A DNA stretch of 64,000 nt, from NCBI GenBank assembly GCA_045401155.1, contig CP174360.1, positions 159,035 through 223,034 on the forward strand, given 5' to 3'. How positions within the stretch are numbered: position 1 is the first letter of the stretch; every line of letters begins with the position of its first letter. The stretch comes from Candidatus Minusculum obligatum (lineage in GTDB: Bacteria; Patescibacteriota; Minisyncoccia; Phycocordibacterales; Phycocordibacteraceae). The notes under the pieces are model-generated. The model saw only the letters and a list, made by a program, of their open reading frames with translations, made no database searches and was not told the DNA's origin. The position numbers were made by a program, and so were the translations under genes. This document shows positions 19,397 through 29,261 of the stretch, piece after piece.

Positions 19397-20590
19397 ATGA
19401 AAGCAGCACAGATAGGAGGAATTCTTGTTATTGGCCTTTTATTCGCAGGAGCATATGCGCTTGCAGAAACATTCCCAGCAGGTACAGCACAGTCAGCGCA
19501 AAGTACCTCATACAATGCGGGAACACCTGTAAATCAAAATGATCCAAACATAAGTTATTTTGCAGGCAGTGTCGGTATTGGTGACCCAGACCCAACATCT
19601 CCACTCTCTGTGTATGGAGACTCGCTTATTCTAAAGCAGGCGCCTCTTATTGTAGAGCGTGCGTACAATGACATTGCAAGTAATCAGCCATTTGCAGTTA
19701 TTCTAAAAAATGAAGGAGAGCTTGATGGGGGAAAGGACTATCAAAACGAGACACATCTTGCGCTTCAGGCAGGAGTTGAAGAAAATCATCGACGATACAT
19801 CAACTGGCTTGATCATGAAGGAAACTTTGATTGGCGTATGGGATCAAATGCAGGACAAACATTTATCCTCTTTGATAACGTAGATGGTATCCATCGACTT
19901 ACAATGCGTAATGCCACACACTTTGGAGGAGAGACATGGATTGGAAGCGCTGGAGAGGGGGCGTTTAAAATCAACTACCACCCTGCAAACTTCCAAGGTA
20001 CAGGAGGAGTTGAGATTTGGTCCGGAGGGGCCGCAGAAGAGAATACAAAAGCATTCGAATTTGCGCCAAGTATAGATTCATTTAGAGCATATAATGACTC
20101 TGGGAATGTGACATTTAATCTAGAAACAGATACAGGATTCCTGGGTCTTGGAGAAAAAACAAATCCAAGTTACTTCATTGATGTTGAGAGCCGTTCTCTA
20201 AACAATCTTATGCGATGGTCTGTACCAACTCAAACTTTTGACGCACGTGCTCGATCTTGGGTTTATGAGACTCTTGTCACAGGTAACGATTCTCAATTTT
20301 TGATTATTGATAAAGATAACTCTAATAGTCGAGCAGTCCTTGAATTGAAAGGAAATGCCGGAAAAAAAGATGTGCTTTATGCTGCAAGTGCAGGGTATAT
20401 CGGAATTGGAACTAGTGCACCAGAGGGAACACTACACGTAACATCTCCAAATAAGAACGTAATTATTTGGGACACAAGTTCTACAGTAGCAGGAGCGTGT
20501 ATTAAGATAAAAGATCGTGATGGAAAGGGGTATACGTACATGACCACACTAGACGGTGAAGTAGAATTCTCAACAAACTCTTGCGAATAA
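19397..20590 (+). CDS. Secreted fibre/adhesin-like protein with xGIGT-x-x-P repeats
   Basis: Signal peptide; GSVGIGDPDP, GFLGLGEKTNP and GYIGIGTSAP repeats; C-terminal Cys pair. Confidence 0.65.
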   Translation: MKAAQIGGILVIGLLFAGAYALAETFPAGTAQSAQSTSYNAGTPVNQNDPNISYFAGSVGIGDPDPTSPLSVYGDSLILKQAPLIVERAYNDIASNQPFAVILKNEGELDGGKDYQNETHLALQAGVEENHRRYINWLDHEGNFDWRMGSNAGQTFILFDNVDGIHRLTMRNATHFGGETWIGSAGEGAFKINYHPANFQGTGGVEIWSGGAAEENTKAFEFAPSIDSFRAYNDSGNVTFNLETDTGFLGLGEKTNPSYFIDVESRSLNNLMRWSVPTQTFDARARSWVYETLVTGNDSQFLIIDKDNSNSRAVLELKGNAGKKDVLYAASAGYIGIGTSAPEGTLHVTSPNKNVIIWDTSSTVAGACIKIKDRDGKGYTYMTTLDGEVEFSTNSCE

Positions 20591-20592
20591 AC

Positions 20593-20619
20593 AAAAAACC
20601 GCCCTTAAGGCGGTTTTTT
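20593..20619 (+). terminator. Intrinsic (bidirectional) terminator
   Basis: AAAAAACCGCC-CTTAA-GGCGGTTTTTT. Confidence 0.88.
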
Positions 20620-20644
20620 ATTAGATATGCTATCCTTTTTGCAT

Positions 20645-21235
20645 ATGAAAAAGCTTGGAATTTCTGCAGGAGTACTAACTGCAATTATCGTTGGTGTGGT
20701 TGTGGCGCTGTCTGTAGGGCATAAAAATGATATGGAGGCATTTGCACTTGTTGCAGGAGAGCGGCCTTCTTGGAATTTTGAAGGAACACATGAGGCAAGT
20801 GAGCAGCTGACGCTTCAGGTTGAAAATGAAATTGATCGACTTAAAGGTCTTCTTGGTACAGGAGAGTTCCCGGACTATGACATCTATGTGGGAATTGCAG
20901 GCCAGTATGAATTGCTTGGAGAAGGGAAGAAGTCATACGAGTATCTTCAAAAAGCGATTGTAGAGAATGAAGCGCGATCTCTTGCGTACTCAAACATGGG
21001 AACGTTGCTTGGAAAGCTTGGTGCAAAAGAGTCTGCAAAGATTGCGTACGAGATGGCACTTGATCGAGATGATACGGTGACAAATCGTATTAACTACATT
21101 CAGCACCTTGAGCAGTACTATACAGATGACCTAGATCTTGTAGAAAGTGCGCATACATTTGCGCTTGAGAAATTCCCAAATAGCGAAGTTCTACAACAGC
21201 GCTACGAATCATTCAAGAAGCTTCATGATCGATAA
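20645..21235 (+). CDS. Membrane-anchored TPR protein
   Basis: N-terminal TM; LG...K.YEYL.KAI, AYSNMG.LL..LG..E.A..AYE.AL TPR pattern. Confidence 0.75.
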   Translation: MKKLGISAGVLTAIIVGVVVALSVGHKNDMEAFALVAGERPSWNFEGTHEASEQLTLQVENEIDRLKGLLGTGEFPDYDIYVGIAGQYELLGEGKKSYEYLQKAIVENEARSLAYSNMGTLLGKLGAKESAKIAYEMALDRDDTVTNRINYIQHLEQYYTDDLDLVESAHTFALEKFPNSEVLQQRYESFKKLHDR

Positions 21236-23414
21236 GATAAAAAATTGGGCCCTACTTGCACCAGCTCTCATACCGTTGGTGTACCTTGATATATTCTTTT
21301 TCCCACTTGTAGCACCAAAGGCATTTTTCTTCAGAATTGCCGTAACCGTATTGCTTCTTGCCGTAACCTGCCTCGCATATAACGGCAAAGGACTATATAT
21401 AAAACGTCTTCTGAACTGGTGGACACTAATACCAGGAGCACTACTGCTTGTAGCGTACACCACGTCTATATTTGGTGTAGATTTTTACCACAGTTTCTGG
21501 TCTGTATTTGATCGCAGTAGTGGACTTGTCGCACTTACGTATATGGTTGGGTACTTCTACCTGCTTCTCCTTACAATCTCAAAGGATTTTATTTTTAAAT
21601 TCTTTTCTCTAACCGCAGGAGTTGCAAGTGTTGCAGGAGTGTACGCAATACTACAGTGGGTAGGAGATATTGGAAGTTTTCATATTCCAGGCCTCCTTGA
21701 TCCACAAGGAGGTCGTATCGGTGCAACTATTGGGAACGCTGCATTTTTGGCGGGGTACTTGGGACTTACATTTTTTATAACACTTATCACTGCATATAGA
21801 AGTACGCGACATGAGCAATGGTGGTACGCAGGTGCGCTTATTCAACTTATTGCAATTATTTTGACCGCAACACGAGGAACTATTTTGGCGCTGCTTGCCA
21901 TGCTTGGCGTTGCACTTGTATACGCGGCAATACAAAAAGAGGGAAAGGTTCGTCGATACGCACAAATAGGAATTGTAAGTGGAATTATTCTCTTTGCTGG
22001 ATTTATTGGATTTAGAATGCAGCTGCAACAAGTTCCATTTGAGCCAATACAGCGCATAGCAAGTATTGGCGTGGAGGATGCAACCACTGCAAGTCGACTA
22101 TTTGTATGGGAGAACATGCTTTCGTATGGACTTGCAAAGCCCTTTACAGGATATGGTTCAGAGCATATCGATTATGTATTTGATCAATTTTACAATGCAC
22201 AAGATATTGTTGAGCAGTGGTTTGACCGATCTCACAATCTTTATCTAGATTACTTCATACAGTATGGAGTTCTGGGTCTTATTTTGTTCGTGCTCTTTAT
22301 CGCAGCACTTTTCCGCGTAGGATTGCGTACTAGGAAAGAGGATTTGTTTATTGGAAACATGCTTCTTTTATTAGTTGGAACGTATGTGCTTCAGAGTGTA
22401 TTTGTGTTTGATACCATCAATACGCTTGTTGTGCTTATTCCTCTCTTTGCTATTGGATTTATAAAAGAAGAAGATGCTCTTGAGGTGGGCGCGTTTAATA
22501 AAATTGGACTTACGATAGTCACCATTATTGCTGTGCCTGGTCTATATTTCACAGTATTTCTTCCAGCATACGCAAACTTAGAGCTTGGAAAGAGCTATAT
22601 GCATCATGTTGTAGATGCGCAAAAATATAAGGAGCACTTTGACCGAGGGTTCTCTCTAGATACATACGCAAACCTAGAGTTTGGATATCAGGCATATGCA
22701 ATGTATACAGACCGTCAGCAGTATATGCTCTCAGGGGAAGATAAAAACATTGCGTATCAAGTTGCATACAATGCACTAGAGAAAAATACACAAAAGTATC
22801 CATACGATGCACGAACATTTGTATACCTAGGACACGTACTTGAGGCTCGGCCAGAAGGTGTTGCGTATTCTCCCGAGGAAAATCTAGAAATACTACAAAC
22901 AGCACAAAGTCTCTCTCCTGACAGAAGTCAGCCATACTACATGATGGCAAATTTCTATATTGAGCGAGGAAATGTTTCTTCAGGAACTGAGCGAGAAAAT
23001 TATTATCAAGCTGCAATTGATATAGTGATTGCGTACCGAGATCGAGCTCCAGAAATTGCAGAGCCATATCTTGTTCTTGCAGAATTATATCGCGTAACAG
23101 GAAACACCTCTCTTTCTCAAGAGGCATTTGAAACAGGAATTAATTTATACAAGGGAGACACCCAAGATGCGCGCCGCATAGCGGGACGTCTGCTTGCGCA
23201 GAATAAAATTAGTGAGGCACGACCGTATCTAGAGACCGTGTACCGTCAGTCACCGCATGATTATGTTGCGATATTCGACCTTGCGAAAGTTCGTTTTATT
23301 GAGGGGGATATAGAAGGTTCGGTTGAGCTTGTGGAGCTGGTACAATTAAAACAACCAGAGTTGCTTGATACAGACCCACTTTTCTTACAGCAGCTTATTA
23401 ATATACTGCAGTAG
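21225..23414 (+). CDS. O-antigen ligase-like (Wzy_C) membrane protein with C-terminal TPRs
   Basis: ATIGNAAFLAGYL, LTATRGT, SRLFVW and DRSHNLYLD motifs; TPR tail; ATG at 21225. Confidence 0.85.
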   Translation: MIDKIKNWALLAPALIPLVYLDIFFFPLVAPKAFFFRIAVTVLLLAVTCLAYNGKGLYIKRLLNWWTLIPGALLLVAYTTSIFGVDFYHSFWSVFDRSSGLVALTYMVGYFYLLLLTISKDFIFKFFSLTAGVASVAGVYAILQWVGDIGSFHIPGLLDPQGGRIGATIGNAAFLAGYLGLTFFITLITAYRSTRHEQWWYAGALIQLIAIILTATRGTILALLAMLGVALVYAAIQKEGKVRRYAQIGIVSGIILFAGFIGFRMQLQQVPFEPIQRIASIGVEDATTASRLFVWENMLSYGLAKPFTGYGSEHIDYVFDQFYNAQDIVEQWFDRSHNLYLDYFIQYGVLGLILFVLFIAALFRVGLRTRKEDLFIGNMLLLLVGTYVLQSVFVFDTINTLVVLIPLFAIGFIKEEDALEVGAFNKIGLTIVTIIAVPGLYFTVFLPAYANLELGKSYMHHVVDAQKYKEHFDRGFSLDTYANLEFGYQAYAMYTDRQQYMLSGEDKNIAYQVAYNALEKNTQKYPYDARTFVYLGHVLEARPEGVAYSPEENLEILQTAQSLSPDRSQPYYMMANFYIERGNVSSGTERENYYQAAIDIVIAYRDRAPEIAEPYLVLAELYRVTGNTSLSQEAFETGINLYKGDTQDARRIAGRLLAQNKISEARPYLETVYRQSPHDYVAIFDLAKVRFIEGDIEGSVELVELVQLKQPELLDTDPLFLQQLINILQ

Positions 23415-23415
23415 T

Positions 23416-23517
23416 ATGAACATATTTAACGCACATTTTTTTAAATTTCTTGGAGGGTTTTTGGCAATTATTTTTGCATCACTACTCCTCTTCTTTTTGG
23501 TGGGGAATGGAGCGTAG
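23416..23517 (+). CDS. 33-aa single-TM small protein (MNIFNAHFFKFLGGFLAIIFASLLLFFLVGNGA)
   Basis: TAG-T-ATG coupling to the upstream gene; hydrophobic helix. Confidence 0.55.
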   Translation: MNIFNAHFFKFLGGFLAIIFASLLLFFLVGNGA

Positions 23518-23560
23518 ATCTTGCTAGAGACAAGTCTTTATAGTATGGTATTTCTCATAC

Positions 23561-23636
23561 GGACCGAAGACAGTGGGCAATTGTAAGACCTACCGAGGCA
23601 ATGCACTGTATATATGCAGGCATCTCTCAATGGTCC
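23561..23636 (+). promoter_or_regulatory. L10 ribosomal protein leader (autoregulatory RNA)
   Basis: GGACCGAAGACAGTGGG...CCTACCGAGG...TGGTCC directly upstream of rplJ matches the recalled L10 leader consensus. Confidence 0.85.
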
Positions 23637-23673
23637 CGAAAGGGATCTTTTTCGTTCCGTATACGAAATTATT

Positions 23674-24168
23674 ATGGCAATCACACGAGAAAAAAAGAGT
23701 GAAATTCTCGCAAAGCTTTCAAGCATTCTAAGCAGCGCTACATCAGTAGTGTTCGTTGGGTTTAAGGGTATCACTGGTGGAGACACTACAGCGATGCGTC
23801 GAGAACTCAAGGGAGAAGGAGTACATTACTTTGTTGCAAAGAAGCGTCTTGTAAAGAAAGCAATTGCTGATACAGGTGTATCTGGAAATATTCCAGAGCT
23901 TGAAGGGGAGCTTGCGATTGCATACACTGAGGGTGAAGATACTACTGCACCTGCGCGTCTTATTCATGAGAACGCAAAGAAGCATGAGGGTCTATCTATC
24001 CTTGGAGGTGTGTTTGAGTCAGCGCTTGCAGATGCTGCAAAGATGACTGAGATTGCAACTATTCCACCTACACCGGTGCTTCGAGGCATGTTCGTGAACG
24101 TGATTAATTCACCAATTCAAGGATTTGCTGTTGCGCTTAAGGCTATTGCAGATAAGAAAGGCGAGTAA
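23674..24168 (+). CDS. rplJ: 50S ribosomal protein uL10
   Basis: MAITREKK, VAKKRL and IATIP motifs; precedes rplL. Confidence 0.95.
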   Translation: MAITREKKSEILAKLSSILSSATSVVFVGFKGITGGDTTAMRRELKGEGVHYFVAKKRLVKKAIADTGVSGNIPELEGELAIAYTEGEDTTAPARLIHENAKKHEGLSILGGVFESALADAAKMTEIATIPPTPVLRGMFVNVINSPIQGFAVALKAIADKKGE

Positions 24169-24186
24169 ATTTAATTAATTACTATT

Positions 24187-24675
24187 ATGTCAGACGAAGA
24201 TAAGAAGGTTGAGGAGGCTACCGAGGCACCTGCTGCTGAGGAAGCTGCTCCCGCCGAAGAGGCTAAGAAGGAGGCTCCAGCTGAGGAGGCAACTGAAGAG
24301 GTTGAGGTTCCTGCGGAGTTTAAGGATCTTGTAGAAAAGATCGAGAAGATGACCGTACTTGAGCTTAATGAGCTTGTGAAAGTTCTTGAGAAGAAGTTTG
24401 GTGTTTCTGCTGTTGCAGTTGCGGCCGCTGGTCCTGCTGCTGGGGGAGACGCTGGAGCTGAAGCAAGTGAGGTTAACGTAGAGCTAACTGCTGCTGGAGA
24501 TCAGAAGATTCAGGTTATTAAGGCAGTTAAGGAGGCGCTAGGTCTTGGACTTAAGGAGGCAAAGGATCTCGTAGATGGAGCTCCTGTAATGCTTAAGGAG
24601 AAGATGAAGAAGGAGGAAGCTGAAGAGCTAAAGGCTAAAATTACTGAGGCTGGAGGTTCAGTTGAGTTTAAGTAA
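24187..24675 (+). CDS. rplL: 50S ribosomal protein bL12 with ~40-aa acidic N-terminal extension
   Basis: [28 protein letters not shown] and [15 protein letters not shown] motifs. Confidence 0.97.
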   Translation: MSDEDKKVEEATEAPAAEEAAPAEEAKKEAPAEEATEEVEVPAEFKDLVEKIEKMTVLELNELVKVLEKKFGVSAVAVAAAGPAAGGDAGAEASEVNVELTAAGDQKIQVIKAVKEALGLGLKEAKDLVDGAPVMLKEKMKKEEAEELKAKITEAGGSVEFK

Positions 24676-24696
24676 ACTTAACACCACTTTCTATAA

Positions 24697-24724
24697 TAAA
24701 AGACCCGCACATGCGGGTCTTTTA
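24697..24724. terminator. Bidirectional terminator between rplL and the convergent gene
   Basis: TAAAAGACCCGCA-CA-TGCGGGTCTTTTA inverted repeat. Confidence 0.85.
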
Positions 24725-24725
24725 T

Positions 24726-25145
24726 TTATTTTCTTTTTAGATTTTTGAGGAAGATGATAAGAGCGCTTGTGATAAAAAAGAATATCCCGAACCATTTAGA
24801 AAAAGTAATACTGTCTGGAATAAACGGCCAGAGAGTCCTTGAGTTGTTTGAAACAGTAAAGATTATTATTCCAACAGGAACAATAAAAATAGTAAACCTG
24901 TAAAGCCAAAAACGAATAGTCTCTTTAGTTGAAAAGAGTAAAAGAATTACGATAGGGAGAAGATAGGTTGAGAAGTTTTTCAGTGCCCAAGCTATACTGG
25001 TCGGTTTTCCTCCACATATTTTTTCTTCTCCTATAAACCCAGCTTCCCAAGGACATATGCCTGTTAAATCAAAAACATTTAAAATTAAATATCCGATACC
25101 ATAAAATACAAAAGGGGAAAGAAGAATTAATAATTTTAGTTTCAT
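24726..25145 (-). CDS. Small AT-rich 4-TM membrane protein (possible immunity protein)
   Basis: Four hydrophobic segments, Cys pair in the first loop; ATG 4 nt after the hydrolase stop. Confidence 0.65.
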   Translation of the reverse strand: MKLKLLILLSPFVFYGIGYLILNVFDLTGICPWEAGFIGEEKICGGKPTSIAWALKNFSTYLLPIVILLLFSTKETIRFWLYRFTIFIVPVGIIIFTVSNNSRTLWPFIPDSITFSKWFGIFFFITSALIIFLKNLKRK

Positions 25146-25149
25146 ATTT

Positions 25150-27660
25150 CTATTGTAGATGCTCTGCAAGTGCAGACCAAGTGTTTGCTGTGTCTTTTGT
25201 TATATATCTTTCTTTTAGAAACTCCACAATTCTCTTTATTTGTGCAATGTAGTTTGCTTTTTCTTCTGCGCTCTCAGTATTTTCAAGGAGTTCAAAATAC
25301 TGTTCGATTGCAGATTTAAGTTGTGGGCGAATCTCTAATTGAAGCATTTTGCTTCTGAGTTCCGGACGAATGCTTTCAGAACTTTCGTTGGGAGAAAAAG
25401 TGTAGTCAATTACGTTGTCGTTATTAATATCTAGAAATAAGTCTCCCAAAGAATTTTCTTCAAAGGATACTTTTGCAATAGCAGATTCTTTTGTTGGTAT
25501 GTTTTTAAATCGTTCTATTTCTATAATTTCTCCTTTGCTATTTGTTTCTGAAAGAGCAAGGTCAAAAGATCCGGTGTCGATTCCGGTTACCTCTACGTTG
25601 TAGTCGTCTTTTGGTAAAAATACGTACTTTGCTTCTCCGATAAATTTGACGAAACTGTCTGGGATATTTTCAATTATTCTGAAGAGATCGGAGCCGGAAT
25701 CGTAGTTAATCTCTGTAATATTCCCTGATTCATCTGTAACAGAAATGATTACGGGGGAATAAACGCTAAAGATATTAAACAAAGAACTTTTTTCTTTAGA
25801 ATACTCCTCTCTTGTTTTTGAGACAAAGCCTGAAGAAGGTTCGCTCTTGTTAAAGATATTTTTAATTGTTTGAAGGGCTTCTTTTTCTGCTAGAAGTCCA
25901 TCATGCTTTACAACTTTTCCAGTGACATCCTCTAACGTTTCTAAGTTAAAATAATACGTTTTGCCCACGCCACTCTCGCTTGCTTCAGCAATTACAGTGG
26001 AGTCACCTCCTTGTGTTGTAACTGGTCTGTACCAAAGTTTTTGTCTCGGCCTTGGTGTTAATGATCCAAGGCTAAATAATTCAAATTCAACTCCAGTTGA
26101 ATATTTATATTTACTTACAGTTTCATTACCAACTCCAATTATTTGAGTAAGCTCAACTCTTTCTGGGGGAGTCCAGGCATCTATTTTTACGTGAGTGTTT
26201 TTTGTCTTTTCTAAAAGATTTGCATTTAAAACCGCTGGAGCATTCAGATCACTTTCTGATGGTGTAATTCTAAGATTTGCGGGGTCAGTAAGAAACGTTA
26301 CAAATTCGGCGTACGAATCAATAGCATCACCAAATATATCTTGATATTTGTTTGAAAGAGCAGATGAGTCAAACTCTATTATTGGCTCATTGTTTTCTAT
26401 AAACCTTTGGGAGGGGAGTAGGGAGTAAGCGCCCAGACTATTTAAGCTTAATGATCTACTGACATCTTTCCTTTTTACAAGGCCGAGGCCAAGTTGTTGG
26501 TCGTGTCCGTGCAGAATTGCCCCAACTGCGCTTGGTGTTCCAAATTGAGGCGAGCCAACAAGAATAATTTTATCTATCAAGTTTTCTTTTCCTTGCTCTT
26601 CCAGCCGAATCATTAAGGCTTTTGCAAGAAGCCCTCCATTTGAGTGCGCGACAATATGAACTTTTCCTGTTGGGTTGTTAGAAAGGTGCTCAACAAGATC
26701 TATAAGTTTTACATTTTCTCCAGAGGTATAATTGGTTCCGTTATCTAAGATTTCAAAAACGTCATACCTCCAGTCGTATGAGTATGCTATAAGTGGAGCA
26801 TTACAATTCATATCACTATTGCCAGGAATATCTCGCACAAAAGAAGAGCCAAATATTCCCGAACAATTAAAAAAGTCTTTTAATGGTTTGTATATATCAA
26901 TATTTAATCCTTGTGCTGAAAAGGTAAAAAGCGCTTCCCCGACAGTAATAGTATTAATACTTTTTCCTCTAGCATCTAGCTCAAGCTCTCGCATCTTCTC
27001 TCCCGCAAACCCATCCCAAACCTTTTCTTCTTTATGATATAGACGACTTCCAAATATTCCTGGAAGAAAAATAATGGGCGTATCAGTAGGAGGGTTTTCG
27101 GGCAATGCTAAAGGGAGTATCTCAACTCCCTTTATAGAAAACGCAAAGTCAGATGCGGCATCCGTAGTGCCTTGTATGGTGCAGTCAGAGTCTCTTGCTA
27201 TAGAATGACAAGCTCCTTCAGGATACGTGTTTTCTGTGGTTGCTCCAAGCATTGGTCCAACACCTCCTCCAAAATGGTCAAAAAGGAGAAAGTAATATTT
27301 TTCTGGATCAAAGTCATAAGAGAACTCATATTCTTGTTTTTGAAATGCGGGACTCGTGGTGCTGATGCCAACGTATTGTCCAAGCAATATCTTTTCACAT
27401 GACGGACTATATTTAGGAGAGTCATCAATGTTGTCACAAGCAACAAGATTTGTGTTAAGGATTTTTGTTCCTAAGCTTAATCCTGTCACATACAGCTCAA
27501 GACTTGTTCCTGTTCCAGAAATGCGGGTGCCTAACTCCTGGATAGTATTTCCTGTCACTCGAATTTCTTTTAGCGTACTTATGTTTTCCGGCACATGTCC
27601 AATATCCGCTTGAGAGATAAGCGGAAGCATGCAAAGTGCAGCTAAAAGTATGCTCCTCAT
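25150..27660 (-). CDS. Secreted alpha/beta hydrolase, LCAT/phospholipase-like
   Basis: Signal peptide; PIIFLPGIFGSRL, YDWR, VAHSNGG nucleophile elbow, GSPQFGTP, GDSTV and downstream His. Confidence 0.85.
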   Translation of the reverse strand: MRSILLAALCMLPLISQADIGHVPENISTLKEIRVTGNTIQELGTRISGTGTSLELYVTGLSLGTKILNTNLVACDNIDDSPKYSPSCEKILLGQYVGISTTSPAFQKQEYEFSYDFDPEKYYFLLFDHFGGGVGPMLGATTENTYPEGACHSIARDSDCTIQGTTDAASDFAFSIKGVEILPLALPENPPTDTPIIFLPGIFGSRLYHKEEKVWDGFAGEKMRELELDARGKSINTITVGEALFTFSAQGLNIDIYKPLKDFFNCSGIFGSSFVRDIPGNSDMNCNAPLIAYSYDWRYDVFEILDNGTNYTSGENVKLIDLVEHLSNNPTGKVHIVAHSNGGLLAKALMIRLEEQGKENLIDKIILVGSPQFGTPSAVGAILHGHDQQLGLGLVKRKDVSRSLSLNSLGAYSLLPSQRFIENNEPIIEFDSSALSNKYQDIFGDAIDSYAEFVTFLTDPANLRITPSESDLNAPAVLNANLLEKTKNTHVKIDAWTPPERVELTQIIGVGNETVSKYKYSTGVEFELFSLGSLTPRPRQKLWYRPVTTQGGDSTVIAEASESGVGKTYYFNLETLEDVTGKVVKHDGLLAEKEALQTIKNIFNKSEPSSGFVSKTREEYSKEKSSLFNIFSVYSPVIISVTDESGNITEINYDSGSDLFRIIENIPDSFVKFIGEAKYVFLPKDDYNVEVTGIDTGSFDLALSETNSKGEIIEIERFKNIPTKESAIAKVSFEENSLGDLFLDINNDNVIDYTFSPNESSESIRPELRSKMLQLEIRPQLKSAIEQYFELLENTESAEEKANYIAQIKRIVEFLKERYITKDTANTWSALAEHLQ

Positions 27661-27739
27661 TACGTCTTATTTTAACATTTTGATGCCTCAAAATATGTTT
27701 GTTGCGTTCCGATATGTAGCAGCGTAGAATAGGGGAGAT

Positions 27740-28315
27740 ATGGATGTTTTGGCGAAGCTGTTCGGAAGTAGCGCGAGAGTGAAAATATTGCGACTAATAC
27801 TTTTTAATAAAGACGTAAAGTTTACGGTTAAGGAAGCCTCATACCGTTCTAAAGTTACAAAAGACTCTGCCCGAAAAGAGCTTGAACTTTTTTCTCGTAT
27901 TAAATTAGTGAGGAAACAAAAGAAGGGGAGAGAGACGGTATATTTTGCCAATCAAAATTTTGAGCACTTTGAGCAACTCAAGGCTTTCTTTAGAAGGACC
28001 ACTGAACTTAAGCACTCTGATGTAACTAAATCTATAAAAGGATGTGGGGTTATTAAGTTGCTTGTGTTAAGCGGAACACTTACAGATACAACTGAGTCTT
28101 CAATTGATCTTCTGGTGGTGGGAGACCGATTGATTACCCCAAAGCTTGAGCGAACAATACGGACGCTTGAAGCCGAGCTTGGGCAGGAGCTTACATACGC
28201 AACATTTTCTACACAAGATTTTAACTATCGTTTAGGAGTATATGATCGACTTCTTCGAGATGTTTTAGAGTACCCGCACATCACGCTTATCGATAAAATT
28301 GGGACAGAGCGCTAA
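27740..28315 (+). CDS. Winged-HTH protein with C-terminal nucleotidyltransferase-like fold
   Basis: LFGSSARVKILRL N-terminus; LSG, IDLLVVGD and LEAELGQEL.Y motifs. Confidence 0.7.
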   Translation: MDVLAKLFGSSARVKILRLILFNKDVKFTVKEASYRSKVTKDSARKELELFSRIKLVRKQKKGRETVYFANQNFEHFEQLKAFFRRTTELKHSDVTKSIKGCGVIKLLVLSGTLTDTTESSIDLLVVGDRLITPKLERTIRTLEAELGQELTYATFSTQDFNYRLGVYDRLLRDVLEYPHITLIDKIGTER

Positions 28316-28435
28316 TCCACAAAGAAAATATCCCTCAATCACCTCGGTGCTACAATTAATATGTGCCTAACCCAATTGGGACACAAATCAGAATGATTAT
28401 CAGGTAAGCTCGTATACGGGCATTTTGGCATAGCT

Positions 28436-29119
28436 ATGCTTATTGAAACTTGGACACAGGTACTCAACGATTCATTTCAAAATCTTTTCTATGGATTAGT
28501 TGAGTTTATTCCAAATCTGATAGTAGCAATCCTTATTTTTGTTGTTGGATGGCTTATCGGAGCTGGTCTTGCACGCATCGTTGCGCAACTTGTTAACTCA
28601 CTTAAAGTTAACAACGCGCTTCGATCTGCGGGAATTGACAATCTTACAAAACGGGCAGGAGTAGATCTTGATGCCGGAGAATTTCTTGGAGCACTTGTAA
28701 AGTGGTTCTTCATTGTAGTTTTTCTAGTTGCATCTTTGGATGTGCTTGGGCTCACAGAAGTAAACGCATTCTTGCGTGACGTGGTACTTGGATATTTGCC
28801 GCAAGTAATTGTTGCAGTACTTGTACTACTTATCGCTGCAGTAGTTGCAGACATGGCACAAAATATTGTGACCGCATCAGCACGTGCAGCGCACATGCGA
28901 AGCGCAGCATTTTTAGGAACAATTACTCGTTGGAGTATTTGGGTGTTTGCAATTCTTGCAGCACTTGATCACCTACAGGTTGCATCAGCATTTGTGCAAA
29001 CGCTCTTCACCGGTATCGTGGTGGCAGTATCGCTTGCCGTTGGTCTTGCGTTTGGTCTTGGAGGACAGGACGCAGCAGCTCGATATATCGATCAGGCCAA
29101 GAAGAATATGGAAGACTAG
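28436..29119 (+). CDS. CmpX/MscS-associated TM-helix-repeat protein
   Basis: Repeated FIPNLIVAILI and YLPQVIVAVL segments, C-terminal GLAFGLGG. Confidence 0.85.
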   Translation: MLIETWTQVLNDSFQNLFYGLVEFIPNLIVAILIFVVGWLIGAGLARIVAQLVNSLKVNNALRSAGIDNLTKRAGVDLDAGEFLGALVKWFFIVVFLVASLDVLGLTEVNAFLRDVVLGYLPQVIVAVLVLLIAAVVADMAQNIVTASARAAHMRSAAFLGTITRWSIWVFAILAALDHLQVASAFVQTLFTGIVVAVSLAVGLAFGLGGQDAAARYIDQAKKNMED

Positions 29120-29139
29120 GGAAACCTGTTTTTCTAAAT

Positions 29140-29165
29140 AAAAAACTCCTTCTCGGGAGTTTTTT
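29140..29165 (+). terminator. Intrinsic terminator
   Basis: AAAAAACTCC-TTCTCG-GGAGTTTTTT. Confidence 0.8.
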
Positions 29166-29231
29166 ATTTGCAATATATATCAAACGGTGTCAAGTATTAA
29201 GCCATTTTTTACACGCTTGAATATTAGGGTG

Positions 29232-29261
29232 TTGACTTATATATAAGGCTTCGTGTATACT
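29232..29261 (+). promoter_or_regulatory. Promoter of the 23S-5S unit
   Basis: TTGACT-18-TATACT; boxA-like TGATGTTTGAAAAT at ~29381. Confidence 0.7.
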
